From positions 59,210,001 through 59,274,000 of the forward strand of contig NW_026262734.1 in assembly GCF_021869535.1 (NCBI RefSeq): DNA of 64,000 bases. Reading direction: 5' to 3'. The translations under genes and the position numbers were made by a program. The notes beneath the pieces were generated by a model, which saw nothing but the letters and a program-made list of their open reading frames with translations, did not search any database and was not told where the DNA came from. Below, in pieces: positions 62,816 through 64,000 of the stretch (positions within the stretch are counted from its first letter, which is position 1; each line of letters starts with the position of its first letter). This stretch comes from Mytilus californianus. Its lineage: Eukaryota.

Positions 62816-64000
62816 ATTGACTTTTGATGAGGTTGAAAAATCATTGTATCAACTGAAATCAAAGGTCAACAATTGTTTTATCATATGACTTTTTATCCGT
62901 TTCCAATTTTCTAGTATTTGCTCAAGATCATTTTAAAACTGCCTCCTCTTTTTAACTAACTATATCATCTGTTTTTGCAGTTGCTTTTTCTCATAAGTTA
63001 AAATATTCAATAAAGTTTACTAAATAAATACACCGAAAAGAAGAAGAGAAAGAATACACCGAAAACAATGAGAAAAATATATGACGTCATAAACCTACGT
63101 CATTGACGTTGTCTTGGAATATCTATATTTAGGTACACGGACGATGTTCCAAATCTTATATAAACCTCTCGTGATTGTTGCCACGGTGAATACAATGTTT
63201 AATCAAAGAGGATTTCATATGCTTTTAGCCAATGAGAAAACAGAACATTTATAGTCATATAATAAATAAAAAAATACTAATTTTACGTATTAGTCTTCCT
63301 TTTTATCTATGATTTATTTACGGCTATTATCTCGGATATTTGCCGGTCTTGACGCAAACTAGCGAACCATTGTCATGATTGTAGTGACAATTATCCCGTA
63401 AACAATTAAAAAGTAGGAGGTATAACTAAAGACCACAATTTCACATAAGAGAAACGCATATTTTTCGAGCTAGCGAAAAATTATATCGACCCAGCGAACA
63501 ATTGAGCAATGAGAATACATACAACCAACAAAAACGAGAAAAAAAAATAATTTAAAACAAAAGGGATACCATATTTAATATATAAACAAAACAAAGCTTT
63601 TTTCTCCGAACTAAATAAATCCATGTTAAGCTTCAATAGACAGCTGGATTACAAAAATCATAGGTTAACAAACTGATACAATACATGTATAATGCGATTT
63701 GGTGAGGGGAGGGAACTCTTCGTTGATCTTTTGACCAATTTATACAGATTGTGATGGACAACGACTTCAAAGGTGATGTAGGGGAAACATTACCCACAAA
63801 ACACAAAAACATTCCTACAATGTTCCAGTAATGTTTTGATTTTGTTCAGAGAACGTTATAAAATAACGTTCCTAGGACGTGGACTCCCAGTTGGGTTCCC
63901 ATTGGTTCCAGGAACATCGTGAAAAATTTTCCGGAACATTAAAATAACGTTCCAGTATGGTTATAATAACGTTTCTACTGGGATGTTGTGAAATTGTTCT

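Noticed and set aside
1-64000. CRISPR arrays, operons, rRNA or prokaryotic systems
   Set aside because: The sequence is intron-containing eukaryotic DNA; no regularly spaced repeat-spacer array or rRNA-like sequence was seen.
63700-64000. Repeated aataacgttcc motifs
   Set aside because: Likely a subterminal array of another DNA element running off the window edge; cannot be delimited.

Overview
AT-rich, repeat-dense animal genomic DNA. The interspersed repeat families and gene content point to a bivalve, most likely Mytilus (inference). There is one 180-N assembly gap. Reconstructable genes: (1) an apparently intact 3-exon secreted globular-head C1q-domain gene on + (20653-23749, 188 aa); (2) a GIMAP/AIG1-type GTPase pseudogene exon on + (~18041-18630); (3) two tandem, apparently intact, 5-coding-exon sulfotransferase (SULT-fold) paralogs on - (A 26240-37708, 315 aa; B 44280-56534, 314 aa), products of a ~17-20 kb segmental duplication. 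Both SULTs end in a C-terminal extension terminating in -SKL (canonical peroxisomal PTS1), and both share unusual substitutions in the PAPS-binding motifs. Intron 2 of SULT-A holds a tandemly duplicated ~1.2 kb hairpin-ended element. Each unit carries a head-to-head pair of ~110-nt TATA + boxA + boxB + oligo-T cassettes that look like Pol III ncRNA genes (vault-RNA-like layout) rather than tRNAs. Mobile DNA includes a decayed Gypsy pol remnant, a 3'-truncated GalEa-type Copia element with 5' LTR and tRNA-Met PBS, Penelope-like RT fragments, tRNA-headed SINEs, MITEs (one with its empty site visible in the paralog) and many abundant non-autonomous repeats. All coordinates were read by eye; repeat boundaries are approximate.
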